Both the position numbers and the translations under genes were made by a program. DNA of 60,283 bases, the filler included, from Circinaria calcarea (taxonomy: Eukaryota): the NCBI GenBank assembly GCA_051942165.1. It is 11 parts of 11 records of this genome, joined end to end, with 100 filler letters (N's around TTAATTAATTAA, not from the genome) between each part and the next. Parts side by side here need not be neighbours in the genome. Positions count along the whole stretch, not along the records: positions 32,984 to 38,372 come from JAVECS010001917.1; positions 38,473 to 43,852 come from JAVECS010001918.1; positions 43,953 to 49,331 come from JAVECS010001919.1; 8 more parts are not named here. The stretch is one strand, 5' to 3'. The notes beneath the pieces were generated by a model. That model worked only from the letters and a program-made list of their open reading frames with translations. It did not search any database and was not told the origin of the DNA. This document shows, piece by piece, positions 36,804 to 48,751 of this stretch (positions are counted from its first letter, which is position 1; each line of letters begins with the position of its first letter).

Positions 36804-37612
36804 TCATCGGAAAAAGAACAGCACTAGGCAACAGAAAGCAATGAAACTGCCCAGGATAATGCCATCCCGCCTCTTCTTCGCTCCGATCCTATTCATCAGA
36901 CCGTTGATGCCTGGCACCTGACTTGCTGCACCCACTATCCTCCGATTGATGCTAGCCAAAGTCTCCCTCTGCGCCCCAAAGTTATCGTTGATGGCGTATG
37001 CCTGACTCAGTACCCCATCCGCCATGTTGTGACTGTTGTCTATCCGCCGCCGCTCATCGAGCATGTAATCTGCCTCGGCCTGGCCCGGGTTCGAGGACCG
37101 ATAGGCATCGATATCCGAGCGTACATTTGAGAGAAGGTTTGCTCTGTTGCGAGCTTCGGTGATGTTTGATCTGAGTCGGGAGAGTTCCCGCCTATGGTCA
37201 AGGAGGATTTCCCGGTGACGGGAGAGGTTGTTCTGCTTGAGGGCGGAGGCTGTGAGGACGGACTCGGAATCGAGCAGGCGGGCTAGTTGGGAAATGAGAC
37301 TCTCTCGCTGTAACAGAAACTATCATTACAGAGTTCTCGTAACGCGATGACGAGAGGAGTTCCCGGAGATCTTACCCTTTCCAGGATGTCTTCTATCTGT
37401 GCTTCGGTTCTCTTTTCGTCTTCGCTTGGTTTCGAGGGAATATTCGAGGTTGCTGCGTATTGGGAGTAGGTGTGGAACAGTGCTTCTGTCTGGGCATGAC
37501 TGTGTTAGCAACTGATACGACTGTGTGTTTGTCAGAGGGTACCTGCCTGGGTTTCTAAGGACCGGGCTTGCTGGCGGAGCTGCGCCCATCCAGTGCCCGC
37601 AGTGATGGACAT
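36804..37612 (-). CDS. GOS1: Golgi SNARE; exons 37612-37547, 37489-37376 and 37307-36804
   Basis: GWAQLRQQARSLETQ/TEALFHTYSQ...NNLSRHREIL...SNVRSDI...KRRDGIILGSFIAFC C-terminal TM anchor. The first coding intron is GC-AG. Confidence 0.93.
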
Positions 37613-37685
37613 GCTTGAAGATGGAGTTCAGACTCTACCATGAATGGCTGGACAGCTAGAGTCTCATAACTTACCCGTATCTGGT

Positions 37686-37853
37686 CTAGCGCGGGCGGTT
37701 TATGTATGTAAAAAAACAAAAACAAAAACCAATGATAAGAGTAACAAGACAAGTGGCCCAGCAGGCCGACTCCGAGGGATTAAATGATATTGTCCCGTTC
37801 GGAAAGACAGTGAAATTAGATGCCGTATAAGTAAATGAGGGACTAAATTCCAT
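37686..37853 (-). CDS. Candidate 55-aa single-pass membrane microprotein or uORF upstream of GOS1
   Basis: MEFSPSFTYTASNFTVFPNGTISF...CWATCLVTLIIGFCFCFFTYINRPR*: sequons NFT and NGT, a hydrophobic helix and a basic tail. Confidence 0.35.
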   Translation of the reverse strand: MEFSPSFTYTASNFTVFPNGTISFNPSESACWATCLVTLIIGFCFCFFTYINRPR

Positions 37854-38215
37854 GATAATCGTTGAATGACATTGTGGAATAGTTGGCTCCTGCTCGGGGG
37901 ACTGAAATACTACGACTTCCATAGCACTATCGCTGGGCTAAGGTGGACGGAAGGAGGGATGAAGAATTGGGAAAGAGCGAGCTTATAAACTGTTGAAAGA
38001 CTGTAAAAGTATCCAGATTCTGACTACTCTGACTACGGAGGTCCGAGTCCCTCGAAGACAAGTCGGAATCATTATTGAAGTTAGAGCATTTCGCTAGGAC
38101 TAGCGTCGGGTACTTCGTAAACCCTACCGCCGCACATGAAAGATTCCCGTATTCGAAAGACGAGGACATTTGACATCTTGCGCAATAACGACATTCCCAA
38201 TCCACTACCGCCATC

Positions 38216-38372
38216 ATGGTAGGAATACTGTATCGTAGACTATCTGCACGCTTGCTAATATGAGGCAGTCAACCGCCAAGGTCAAGGCCGGTCAGCTGTG
38301 GGGCAAGAACAAAGACGATCTGAAGAAGCAACTCGACGAACTCAAGTCAGAACTGGGTCATTTACGTACACA
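38216..38372 (+). CDS. RPL35: 60S ribosomal protein L35 (uL29), 5' part
   Basis: ATG exon, intron 38219-38268, then STAKVKAGQLWGKNKDDLKKQLDELKSELGHLR. Confidence 0.92.
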
Positions 38373-38472
38373 NNNNNNNNNNNNNNNNNNNNNNNNNNNN
38401 NNNNNNNNNNNNNNNNTTAATTAATTAANNNNNNNNNNNNNNNNNNNNNNNNNNNNNNNNNNNNNNNNNNNN
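38373..38472. other. Artificial contig linker
   Basis: N44-TTAATTAATTAA-N44. Confidence 0.98.
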
Positions 38473-38589
38473 GGGAAAAAGGTTTTATAACGAGCGTATT
38501 AACGTGGCATTTACATGTCCTCTATCATGACTAGCTCCTCCCCTCATCTTTGCCCTCCCACATTCCCACTCTCCACCATACCGCCCTCA

Positions 38590-39440
38590 TCCACTAACTT
38601 CCCGCTCTGTAAGCTGTAAAACCCGTATCAGACCAAGTATATTGCACTTCGAAATCAAAACCCAAAGCCGTGGATCGAGGATAATACTTTAGTGGTTATC
38701 TCCCAAGCGTCCGATCCTTTACTGGCCGCCAGTCTCTTCACGCCTCTATTGAAAAGCGGACTACCAGTAAAGTACCATAGAGCTGCGCCGTGTTCTTCTG
38801 GCGGAGCTAGGAAGACATCTACGCGACACTAGATGGAATTGCTCCCTGGGAGGCTGGCCGCTCCTAGCCATCGTTTACCAGTTTGGAAATTACCTGCCTC
38901 CAGTGTCCCCTTGGCGTAATCTATCCGAAAGAGTTCGGGGATCAAGTGATTGGATACCCTGCCTCTCGGAGAGCCGAAAAAGGGGGGGACATGGCGATGC
39001 CGTAATCCAAAAGTCAATGTCGCTTATGTTCGTCGACATTTTGACAATAGGGATATGCGGGATCGGTTGGCTTTTGAGGAATCTGTAGGCGAGATGGAAA
39101 GGTTGTTAAGCTATTCAAGCAAATCATGGAAACGTAGGCTTTGGAGCCTTCGGTATCTGAAGCTGCTGGACGCCTTGAATACAAACCATTTGTTTCCCGC
39201 TGGAAGCTTGCCATTCTTGGAAGCGCTCGTCACACTTATCGTCCCCGTTCAGCAGAGCCGTTGTTGGTGTTGTCCAACAGTTCCAACGCCCTCCAACTGC
39301 GCTGTCGAAAACGCTAGTTTCGTCGCATCTGAAATAGCTTTGGCAGTTAGAAAATCGAAAATCTGACCGGTCTTCTGATCGTCAATTGTTGATACAAAAG
39401 CTGTGCGATTGCTTGATGGGAGCAATGGCTGAGACATATA
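38590..39440 (-). pseudogene. Degenerate DNA polymerase X (lambda/beta-like) paralog
   Basis: Manual translation gives SDIDFWIT (about 39025-39002) and GKRWLGAASLPGSNSI*CRVDVFLAPPEEHGAALWYFTGSPLFNRGVKRLAASKG (38880-38716), with TAG at 38831-38829 and frameshifts. Boundaries approximate. Confidence 0.7.
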
Positions 39441-40912
39441 TGATGGGGCAGTGACGTTGTTTGTCGGAAGGATACGACTGTCAATGTGCCATACGCCGGC
39501 GCACTGGGACTTGGGGAAGGCCCTGGTTTCCGACTATTCTCTTATATATAATATAAATAGGAAAACAGGAAAGCGCCACCCTTGTTAGATGTTCAGCGAA
39601 CAGTTAAAAAACACAAGGAGAAGGAAGGGATGTGACCTATCGACTTATTGAGGAATACAGGCTTCTTATAGTAGAATTTGACCGCGTAGCTCACCAATTT
39701 CATGTACAGCAGCAAACATTTAGAAAAGAAATCAGCAGACGCTCATTTGGAGGAACACGCCGATTCTGAGACGGAGCTCTAAGCGGTAAAGAAAGGAGTA
39801 GCGGAAATGCACCGGACTAGAAACACTGATCTATTGGGTTCCAGCATCGAGCATCAAACAGACACCAAAAGAATAGCGGAAAAGCACTTAACCAGCCCAT
39901 TTTTGGCAGATCAGATAGTAGCCAACAAGGGAAAAGTAGGAATGCACGGGAGAGCGACACTCATGCAGCTAGGTCCCAACAGAATGTCCCGGGTGGTTGA
40001 ATGCATCAAGTTTTCAACGAACCAATCCGAGATTATCCATGCCTCCTGTAGGATGTTTCAACTGTGTACTTTTCTACTAGCACGGTTCGAGTGTACTTCA
40101 CGCCACACACCTTCATAGGTCTTATTCTCTGATATCCCCTTACATGCTGTTTATCGAAACTCAGTGGAAGTACAAGAAGGTACCCAGTGTTGTTCAAACT
40201 CAAACCCTAGCGGACTATTGAAAGAAGGTTAGGCATGGACAATATGCATGCAGACTTATACAGGAGTGGATAGCCAGTGATGTAAGATAGATGCATATTT
40301 AAAGGGAAATGAAGGCTGTGAGAACGCGTTCAATCCCAAGATCATTATCAAATGCATGGTTCCGTGATACACGAGACAACTCATGTCTAAACAATTAAAG
40401 ACTGGATAGATGCAAGAGCCAAACCTGACTTAAGCACGAGTCTACTCCATATTGGGCATTTGCGGACAATAGGCCAATTGAGAGTCGTTCAAACTCTGTA
40501 CCAAAGATATTGATGGAACACTCTCTACCATTTCATTGTAGATGGGGAGTAACAGTACACTTGCCGCTCGATGGAATGCATCAAATGATCACACTGTTAG
40601 CAGATAAAAGCACGGGTGGAAGCATGATGCCACAGCAGCCACATCCCAGATAGAAGGCAAACATGATTCAGTAGACTATTTGACAAAAAAGCAGGTATCG
40701 TACCAGTAAAAGCCGGGCTCCTAAATTGGAACGGCGGTGAACTTTGGTGGGCGGCTGCAACCTTTTGGCCGATCTCGCTGCCGCTACCTGGTAGTGCGGT
40801 CTCGCGAAGAAATTCGAACTTCCCCAGACTTTTACATCCGACCAAAGATCTTGTTCAGTCTCAGCTTAAAAACTCGTTACAATTTACTCAGACCTCTTCT
40901 CTCAGACAAACT

Positions 40913-42349
40913 ATGGCCTCCCGCAGCTTCAGTAAAGCTTTACGCATCCCTCTGACCCGCCAATTGGTCTCCCCAGCAATCCGAAGCCGCACGTTTGTAT
41001 CAACTGCATTAGCTGCGAAAGCTGGCGCAGCACGTGTGCTGAAGGCATCGGCCTATGGATCTATGCAACAGACGCGTGGTGTAAAGACCATTGAGTTTGC
41101 AGGGCACAAGGAGCAGGTTTTTGGTACGCGATTGCAAGAAATCTGGGAAAAAGAGCATACTGACAATGTGACTCAGAGCGTGAAGACTGGCCGCGGGAGA
41201 AATTACATGTAAGGGCGCAGTCTCTGGTCTTTTTGGACTATATGAGCGATAGATTGCTAATTCCTTCCTAGGAATACTTCAAGAATGATACACTGGCACT
41301 TATTGGCTATGGCTCGCAAGGCCATGGACAGGGTCTCAACCTTCGAGATAACGGTCTGAATGTCATCATCGGTGTACGAAAGAATGGACAATCGTGGAAG
41401 GAAGCTCAACAAGATGGCTGGGTCCCGGGCACCAACCTATTCGAGGTGGATGAGGCCATTTCCAAGGGCACAATTATCATGAACCTTCTGAGTGATGCTG
41501 CACAAAGCGAAACATGGCCAGCTATTAAACCACAGCTCACCAAGGGAAAGGTAGGCAAAAGCTGCTGGTTCACATTCGAGGGTGGGATGATAACAGCATG
41601 CAGACTTTATACTTTTCTCACGGATTTTCTCCAGTCTTCAAGGACCTTACAAAGGTTGACGTCCCCACTGATATCGATGTTATTCTCGTTGCACCAAAAG
41701 GTTCGGGTCGTACTGTCCGTTCTCTCTTCAAGGAGGGTCGCGGCATCAACTCCTCCGTCGCAGTTTTCCAGGATGTTACCGGTAAGGCAGAGGAGAAAGC
41801 TGTTGCTCTCGGAGTGGCTGTTGGCAGTGGCTATTTGTATAAGACGACATTTGAGAAAGAAGTCTACTCAGATCTCTACGGTGAGCGTGGATGCTTGATG
41901 GGTGGTATTCATGGCATGTTCCTTGCTCAATACGAAGTCCTGCGTGAAAGAGGCCACAGCCCGAGTGAGGCATTCAACGAAACCGTGGAAGAGGCTACGC
42001 AGAGTTTATACCCTCTCATTGGCGCAAATGGCATGGACTGGATGTACGCTGCTTGCTCGACAACCGCCAGACGAGGTGCTATCGACTGGAGCAGTAGATT
42101 CAAGGACACTCTAAAACCAGTCTTCAATGATCTCTATGATAGTGTAAGGGATGGCTCGGAAACAAAGAGGTCGCTCGAGTACAATTCCCAACCCGATTAC
42201 CGGGAGAAGTACGAAAAGGAGATGCAAGAGATCCGAGACTTGGAAATATGGCGTGCTGGGAAGGCAGTCCGGTATGTCTAATGGTGCAGGAGAACTCGAC
42301 TGCGATGCTAACTTTGCGCAGGGCTCTCCGGCCAGAGAACAATCTTTAG
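40913..42349 (+). CDS. ILV5: Ketol-acid reductoisomerase, mitochondrial (5 exons)
   Basis: LALIGYGSQGHGQGLNLRDNG, LYFSHGFS, APKGSG, SDLYGERGCLMG and CSTTARRGAIDW. Confidence 0.97.
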
Positions 42350-42643
42350 TCTGGCGTATTTGATTTTTCTTTTTTTGCACACTGGCTTTGGCTGTCTGAT
42401 CTCGCGCATCTGTACTATACCACGGTGCACTGCGATGGTCTCACGTGAAAAGTTGCTGCTGGGATACCGTGGCAGTTGGAGGTTTCAGGGTTGGCGTCCG
42501 ATAGCGGCAGTTGACCGGTTACCCGATAAAGATTTTGCAATGACATTGATTGTCTCTCTCAACTGAACTCGACAAGAGAATGCGATTTGATGATACATAT
42601 TTTGTTATGCTATTAATATTCGAACAAGGGGAACAATATCCAC

Positions 42644-43852
42644 ATGCCAATGGCAGACACATCCAAGACACTCCCGCTGGTTAGATCTTCCGTGCAGTCG
42701 GCTCACGACTTAATCAAGGACTATATTCACGAGACGCCGGTACTGACATGCAAAACCCTCAATAAGCTTGCCTCGACTCCTCAAACTACAGAAGCCCTGA
42801 TAGGTACACCGTTTGAAGGCCAGGAGCCAGCGCGACCCAGGATTAACTTTTTCTTCAAATGCGAAAACTACCAGCGCATTGGCGCTTTCAAGTCACGAGG
42901 AGCTTTCCATGCCCTTGCTCGTCTGAGTGACAAGGAGCTGGAGAAAGGAGTGGTTACACATAGCTCTGGTATCTCTGTTTCCTCTATTGGCGCCCCTCTT
43001 ATTGTCTTGTGATTCGAATATTAGCTAATTGTCGTGCTCTCTCTCCATTGCAGGCAACCATGCGCAAGCATTAGCCTTGGCTGCGCGCACCCGCGGTGTC
43101 CATGCCTACATCGTTATGCCCACAATCTCGACTCCGTCGAAAATCGCGGCTACCAAGGGCTACGGCGCAGACGTCATATTTAGTGGGAGTACATCGGAAG
43201 AACGAGAAGCAGTTGTTGAAGATGTAATCAAGCGCACGGGAGCAATACTGGTACCGCCGTATGATCATCCGAATATCATATTAGGCCAAGGAACCATGGC
43301 TTTGGAGTTGGAGAAGCAAGTGCAAGAGATGGTACACAAGGACCCCTCACTCAGTGTACACGGATCAAATAGAGAGCGCATAAATACGAGCAACGGCCAC
43401 TCAAATGATCAGGCCAACAACCAAAATTCACCACCCAACCATTCCTACCACCTCGACGCTGTCATCGCGCCTTGCGGCGGCGGCGGCATGCTCTCCGGTA
43501 TAGCCACTGCCCTCCACCCCACTCCCACCCTCGTTTTCGGCGCTGAACCTTCCTTCCAAGGAGCCGATGACGCCCGCCGCGGTCTCGCTCTCAACTCCCG
43601 AATCCCCTCCGTCAGCACCCTCACCATTGCCGACGGTCTACGTACACCCGTCGGAGAGATCCCCTGGTCCATCATCAGCGACGGGACAAAAGTACGGGGC
43701 GTGTACAGTGTCAGTGACGAGCAGATCTTGGCGGCCATGAGACTGGTGTTGGAAAGGATGAAGGTGCTGGTGGAGCCGAGTGCGGCGGTGGGGTTGGCGG
43801 TGGCGCTGTTTGATGAAGGCTGGAGGCGGATGGTGGAGAGGGAAGGTCAGGG
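42644..43852 (+). CDS. PLP-dependent serine racemase / threonine dehydratase-like enzyme, 3'-truncated
   Basis: FKCENYQRIGAFKSRGA, THSSG/NHAQ, PPYDHP..ILGQGT, PCGGGGMLSG, TIADGL and VEPSAAV. One intron at about 42969-43053. Confidence 0.92.
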
Positions 43853-43952
43853 NNNNNNNNNNNNNNNNNNNNNNNNNNNNNNNNNNNNNNNNNNNNTTAA
43901 TTAATTAANNNNNNNNNNNNNNNNNNNNNNNNNNNNNNNNNNNNNNNNNNNN
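43853..43952. other. Artificial contig linker
   Basis: N44-TTAATTAATTAA-N44. Confidence 0.98.
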
Positions 43953-44111
43953 GGGTGGGTGTCTTGAGATTGGGGGGTCACATGGAAGCTATGCGGATAG
44001 CAGTTCAGCCATTAGATTCCTTGCCGGCGCTAAGATTTTCTGACAAGGCCCTTGGGAGTGGGTAGATATTCTTACTATTCCAGTTGTACGGGGTAATAAA
44101 AAGCTACAATC

Positions 44112-45652
44112 ATGTCATCTCTGGTAGACCTTTCTAGCACCAGCATGTTTGAGCAACTAGTAACCATATCCCCGTCGACCAACAAGCCGATTGTCACCCG
44201 TGCTGGTCTCTCCGCCGCCGAGATCGCATTGCTACCGCGAAAAGCAGAGCGAGCTTTTGAGCATTACCGACTCACGTCGCTGAAGGAGAGACAAGTCATC
44301 GTTGGGAAGGCCTTGGATATCTTACACAGCCAGCGAGATGAGCTGGCAAAAGAACTTGCGGAGCAAATGGGACGGCCGATAGCATACGGCGCAAAAGAAA
44401 TCGTTACCGCTGTAGCCCGAGGACGATATTTATTGAAGATCAGCGACGAAGCTCTGAAAGATACCCCCGGCGAAGCCGAGGAAGGCTTCAAAAGGTATAT
44501 CCGTAAAGTACCAGTGGGCCCAGTCTTGGTACTTTTTGCTTGGAACGTGAGTTGTTGACTACTGTATCTGTATCTCTAAGGCCTTGCTGAGAAAAGTCGC
44601 AGTATCCCTACTTGATCCTTGTGAATTCCCTTGTACCGGCGCTACTGGCAGGGAATCCTGTCATTCTAAAGCCATCACCGCAGACACCTACAGTCGTTGA
44701 ACGAATACAAACCATATTCCATCAAGCCGGACTGCCGGAGAACGTCATACAATACTTTCACTGTGGTTCACAGGTCCAAATAGAGAGTATCGTGAGGTCG
44801 CCACAGATACAGCTGATATGCTTTACAGGGTCTGTCCAAGGGGGTCTATCGGTCCAGCGGGCTGCAGCTGGTCGGATTGTGCATGTGGGGCTTGAGCTGG
44901 GAGGCAAGGATCCGGCATATGTCAGGTCAGACGTCGACGTCAGATGGGCGGCTGGAGAGATAGTCGACGGGGCGATATTCAACTCGGGGCAGAGCTGCTG
45001 CAGCATCGAAAGAGTATATGTGGATGAGAAGATACATGATATCTTTGTTGCCGCAATGCAGGAAGTGTTGAAAGGATATAAGCTGGGTGATCCCCTCGAT
45101 ATGTCTACCAACGTTGGACCTGTGGTCTCGAAGAAGGCGGTCCAAACTATTCAAGGACATGTCAAAGATGCACTGGAGAAGGGTGCCCAGGACGTAACGC
45201 CGCCGAACCCAACCTTTTCGTCGCCGCCTCCGGATGGTAACTACGTCAGGCCAACATTGCTGATTGGTGTTACGCATGACATGGACGTCATGAACGAGGA
45301 GACTTTCGGGCCCATCATTCCAGTCATGAAAGTAGGGGATGACGAGGAGGCGGTGAGATTGATGAATGATAGCGAGTTCGGTCTTACTGCTAGTATCTGG
45401 ACTAAAGATACTAGCCGTGGGGAGGAACTCGCTGAGTCGGTGGAGGCGGGTACAGTCTTTGTGAACCGGTGTGACTTTCCAAGCCCCGTAAGTTTAACTA
45501 CCCCGGAATAATAGGCCCACCTGCTTAACGAGCTATAGGATCTTGCATGGACCGGATGGAAGAACAGTGGAAAGGGCGTCAGCCTAAGTAAATTTGGGTT
45601 CGAGCAGTTTGTCAAGTTGAAGAGCTTCCATGTCAAGGCGTACCCAGTATAG
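44112..45652 (+). CDS. Aldehyde dehydrogenase (start may be the ATG at 44145)
   Basis: AWN/YP, KPS, FTGS, LELGGKDP, FNSGQSCC, EETFGP and WTGWKNSGKG. Two introns. Confidence 0.93.
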
Positions 45653-47013
45653 TTCTGGCCCGGTAAGACCCATGGACAAGGGCGTCGTGGCAGCATGAGA
45701 GTATGACTCCTTCCAATAGAATTAATTTCGGATCTACCTCCGGATAATCACGTTTCGCAACGAGGGGCTGAAGAATGTAAGGGCATGCACAAAACTTCAG
45801 GAATGACCCGCACTTACGATGAAACAGTAAATCATCGAAAGATCCAAAAATCAAGAATACCAAGTTACGAGACAGTAAGCCGAAAAGTGAAATGGCCGAG
45901 CATTCCTTTGGGAATTTCCCTTCACGTGGCATTCACTCGATGTCATGATTTAGGATTAGTCCTTGCAGTGCTCATTTCCCTCCGTTACCCTTCCAATGTC
46001 ATGCTATGCATATCATCTCAACTCCCCTCCTCCAAAAAAAAACACCATCTTAAATACCAAGCACTTCTTCCCGGCAGGAGCTATTGTCTCGCTGCCTTTG
46101 TCCATATCTTGTCTTTCAGCACCGTCGCCTGCAATCATTCACTCTTTGTAGCGGCCACGTTGATTACTCTCCTTTTGGTGTCACCCCTCATTGCTACCAA
46201 CCGTCAAATCACCACAGTCCTCGCTGCAGTCCATCAGTTTCCCCGGTCGAGCCATGGATTGCCTCAAGAACCTTTACGTACACCACATCTGTCCTCTTTT
46301 TCGGCTCAAACGCAGTTCGTGTCGTCGATCTTGTCCCACACAAGGACCTTTGGTGATCGTACGTGAGGTTTGCCCTTTTGTAATTACCCCCAAGGCTAAT
46401 CTTGATTTAGAGCGGGCCTACGAATTTCCAAAAGTTAGATCCGTGTGCAAGCATGCAGAACCTTACCGATGACCAGTGAGCGCCTTCCATCCTACATTCC
46501 ATCACCCACGCCTCGGCTACAGATAGCACGATGTTGCAGAAGCTAATGCAGTCTTCTACAGAGAGTCTCTCTTTCTCATCCGGCAGGCAGCAATGGCCGA
46601 CCTGGGGCATCGTTACCCTCCGCCGTCGAGGATGGAGAAGATGGGAAACAGCGTTCGGGTCCATGCTCGGAAGCTGAGCGCCAGCATCACGGGTGTTCCT
46701 GCTTCTTCCGAGAGCGACATCTAAATAGCTTTGATACTCGAACAATAGTTATCCGTTGGCACACCTATGAGATGCGTAGTACACTGGACTGGTTCCGGGT
46801 GGAGAACGGAGGGTTATGCAAGAATGGCACCTTTTTTGCAAGGAAGGGGGATTCGTAATGCCGGTGGCTCACAGAATATATCTTTGAGGTTGTAATGGAC
46901 ATGTTAGTCAGATGTGATAGGATAGTTGAGGTATAATTAATAGAGTTCCTTTCGTCCATTAAAGTTGATTGTCACGCTTGTTCAGAGTAGTTGGTCTGTC
47001 AGGGTTTTCAGAA

Positions 47014-47041
47014 TACTCGGGGTAGGCGCCTACCCCGAGTA
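47014..47041. repeat. Perfect 28-bp palindrome upstream of the MDR oxidoreductase gene
   Basis: TACTCGGGGTAGGC|GCCTACCCCGAGTA is its own reverse complement. Confidence 0.9.
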
Positions 47042-47277
47042 ACTGCCGCCCTCCGCATCCTCGCTTTGCTTGGAAATCCGCATCAGTATGAATTATTCAG
47101 CTGCACGTCATCTTCAACCGTTCTTTGTGGGCACAAAACCCCACTTTGCTGAACGATGGACGCCGAATCTGTAGAGTACTCGGACGCTTCACTTGATCAA
47201 TTCTCCATTGCCCACTACCAGCCGCCTTGAAGAGAATTGCCTGCCAATATCATCTACCGGTGCTATCTGACTTCAGT

Positions 47278-48523
47278 ATGGCACCTACCACCACCAAGCA
47301 ATGGACCATTGAGGGCAAGAATGGATTTGATAGTCTTGTTTTCAACGAGAAAGCATCAATTCCCGAACTGAGCCAGCGTGATGTGCTGGTCCATTTCCAC
47401 TCGGCCTCCCTCAATTACCGTGATTTGATTATTTCCAAGGTCCGGTTTTCGCCTCGTCCCTGATATCACGTTTCGTTGGCTAACCGTATGAGTCTATAGG
47501 GCATGTACTTTATGCCAATCCGCGACCATGTTGTCCCCGCCTCAGATGGAGCCGGGACCGTCGAAGCCGTGGGATCCGGTGTGACCCGCTTCAAGCCGGG
47601 CGACAAAGTCCTTACCCTCTTCAACCAAGGCCATCTCGCAGGCCCAATGACGGCTGAGGCAGTCGGGACAGGTTTAGGTGCAGCAATCAATGGGACACTC
47701 AGTCAGTACGGGGCCTATGATGAGCAGGGCCTGGTATCGATGCCGGAAACATTGGATTTCAGGCAGGCTAGCACCTTGACCTGTGCTGGAGTGACAGCTT
47801 GGAATGCATTATATGGATTGCGCTCAAACGCTCTGAAGCCCGGAGATACTGTACTGACGCAGGGTACCGGGGGTGTTAGTATCTTTGCATTGCAGGTCCG
47901 TATTCACTTCCATCTACTCTCGATCTTCCAAATCTCCTCACAGCATCTGAATTGATGACAACCCCAGTTTGCCAAAGCTGCCGGGGCACGTGTAATCGCC
48001 ACAACCAGTAGCGACTCCAAGGCCGAGACGCTGAAGAAGCTCGGCGCCGATCACGTCATCAACTACAAGACGGACGAAAACTGGGGCGAAACTGCCGCCA
48101 AGCTCACTTCGGGCGGAGCCGGTGTCGACTTCATTATCGAGGTCGGCGGCCCAAAATCCATGGCCCAATCCTTGCGAGCGATCAAAATCGACGGCCTCAT
48201 TTCCGTCATTGGATTTTTGGGAGGTCAGAGCAAGGATCAGCCGGGGTTTTTGGAGTGTCTGACCAATGGCTGTATTGTCAGAGGCATCTTGGTGGGCAGT
48301 CGGCAGTCGTTTGAGGAGATGAACAGGGCAATTGATGTGAATGGAATCAAGCCGGTGGTGGATGAAAAGGTGTTTAAGTTGGAAGAGGTCAAGGAGGCCT
48401 ACCAGTACATGGTAAGTCTTGGAAGGGACAGTTTTTTGCAGTCCTGGAATCGGTATGCTGACACTAAGTTACAAACAGTGGGATCAAAAGCACTTTGGCA
48501 AGCTTACCATCAGTATCGACTAG
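47278..48523 (+). CDS. MDR-superfamily (zinc-type ADH-like) oxidoreductase, 4 exons
   Basis: SLNYRDL, VPASDGAG, TLTCAGVTAWNAL, QGTGGVS, LGADHVINY and HFGKLTI. Confidence 0.92.
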
Positions 48524-48590
48524 ATAGAACCCTTTGATAGTCATTCAATCTTTGCAACATTCCCAAGAAAAAAACTCCACCGTACCCTCA

Positions 48591-48751
48591 CGTATCCGCT
48601 AAGCCGTTGCTCTGGCAGACCGAACCGTGCCACCCCAGCCTCTGGTCCGTGCCAGCCTACGGGAGTAGCTTGACCGATCCTAATCTTGTATCCAAGGAAC
48701 TGGAACGCACGGTTCGGTTCTGCCAGAGCAACTAACAGCTTAAGGGATACG
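48591..48751. mobile_element. MITE-like hairpin element, copy 2
   Basis: Arms CGTATCC.CTAAGC.GTTGCTCTGGCAGACCGAACCGTGC and GCACGGTTCGGTTCTGCCAGAGCAAC...GCTTAAGGGATACG. Shares motifs with 27512-27602. Confidence 0.65.

Noticed and set aside
32984..39440. Pol X fragment on contig 8 as the continuation of Pol lambda on contig 7
   Set aside because: Different contigs. The fragment is interior, has its own upstream sequence and is degenerate.
40913..43852. ILV5 plus a dehydratase as a branched-chain amino acid gene cluster
   Set aside because: The dehydratase looks like the serine racemase/catabolic type with no mitochondrial presequence, not ILV1. Two-gene adjacency is weak evidence.
45785..46745. 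ORFs of 90-193 aa between the ALDH and MDR genes
   Set aside because: No motif, codon-bias or splice support that I can identify.
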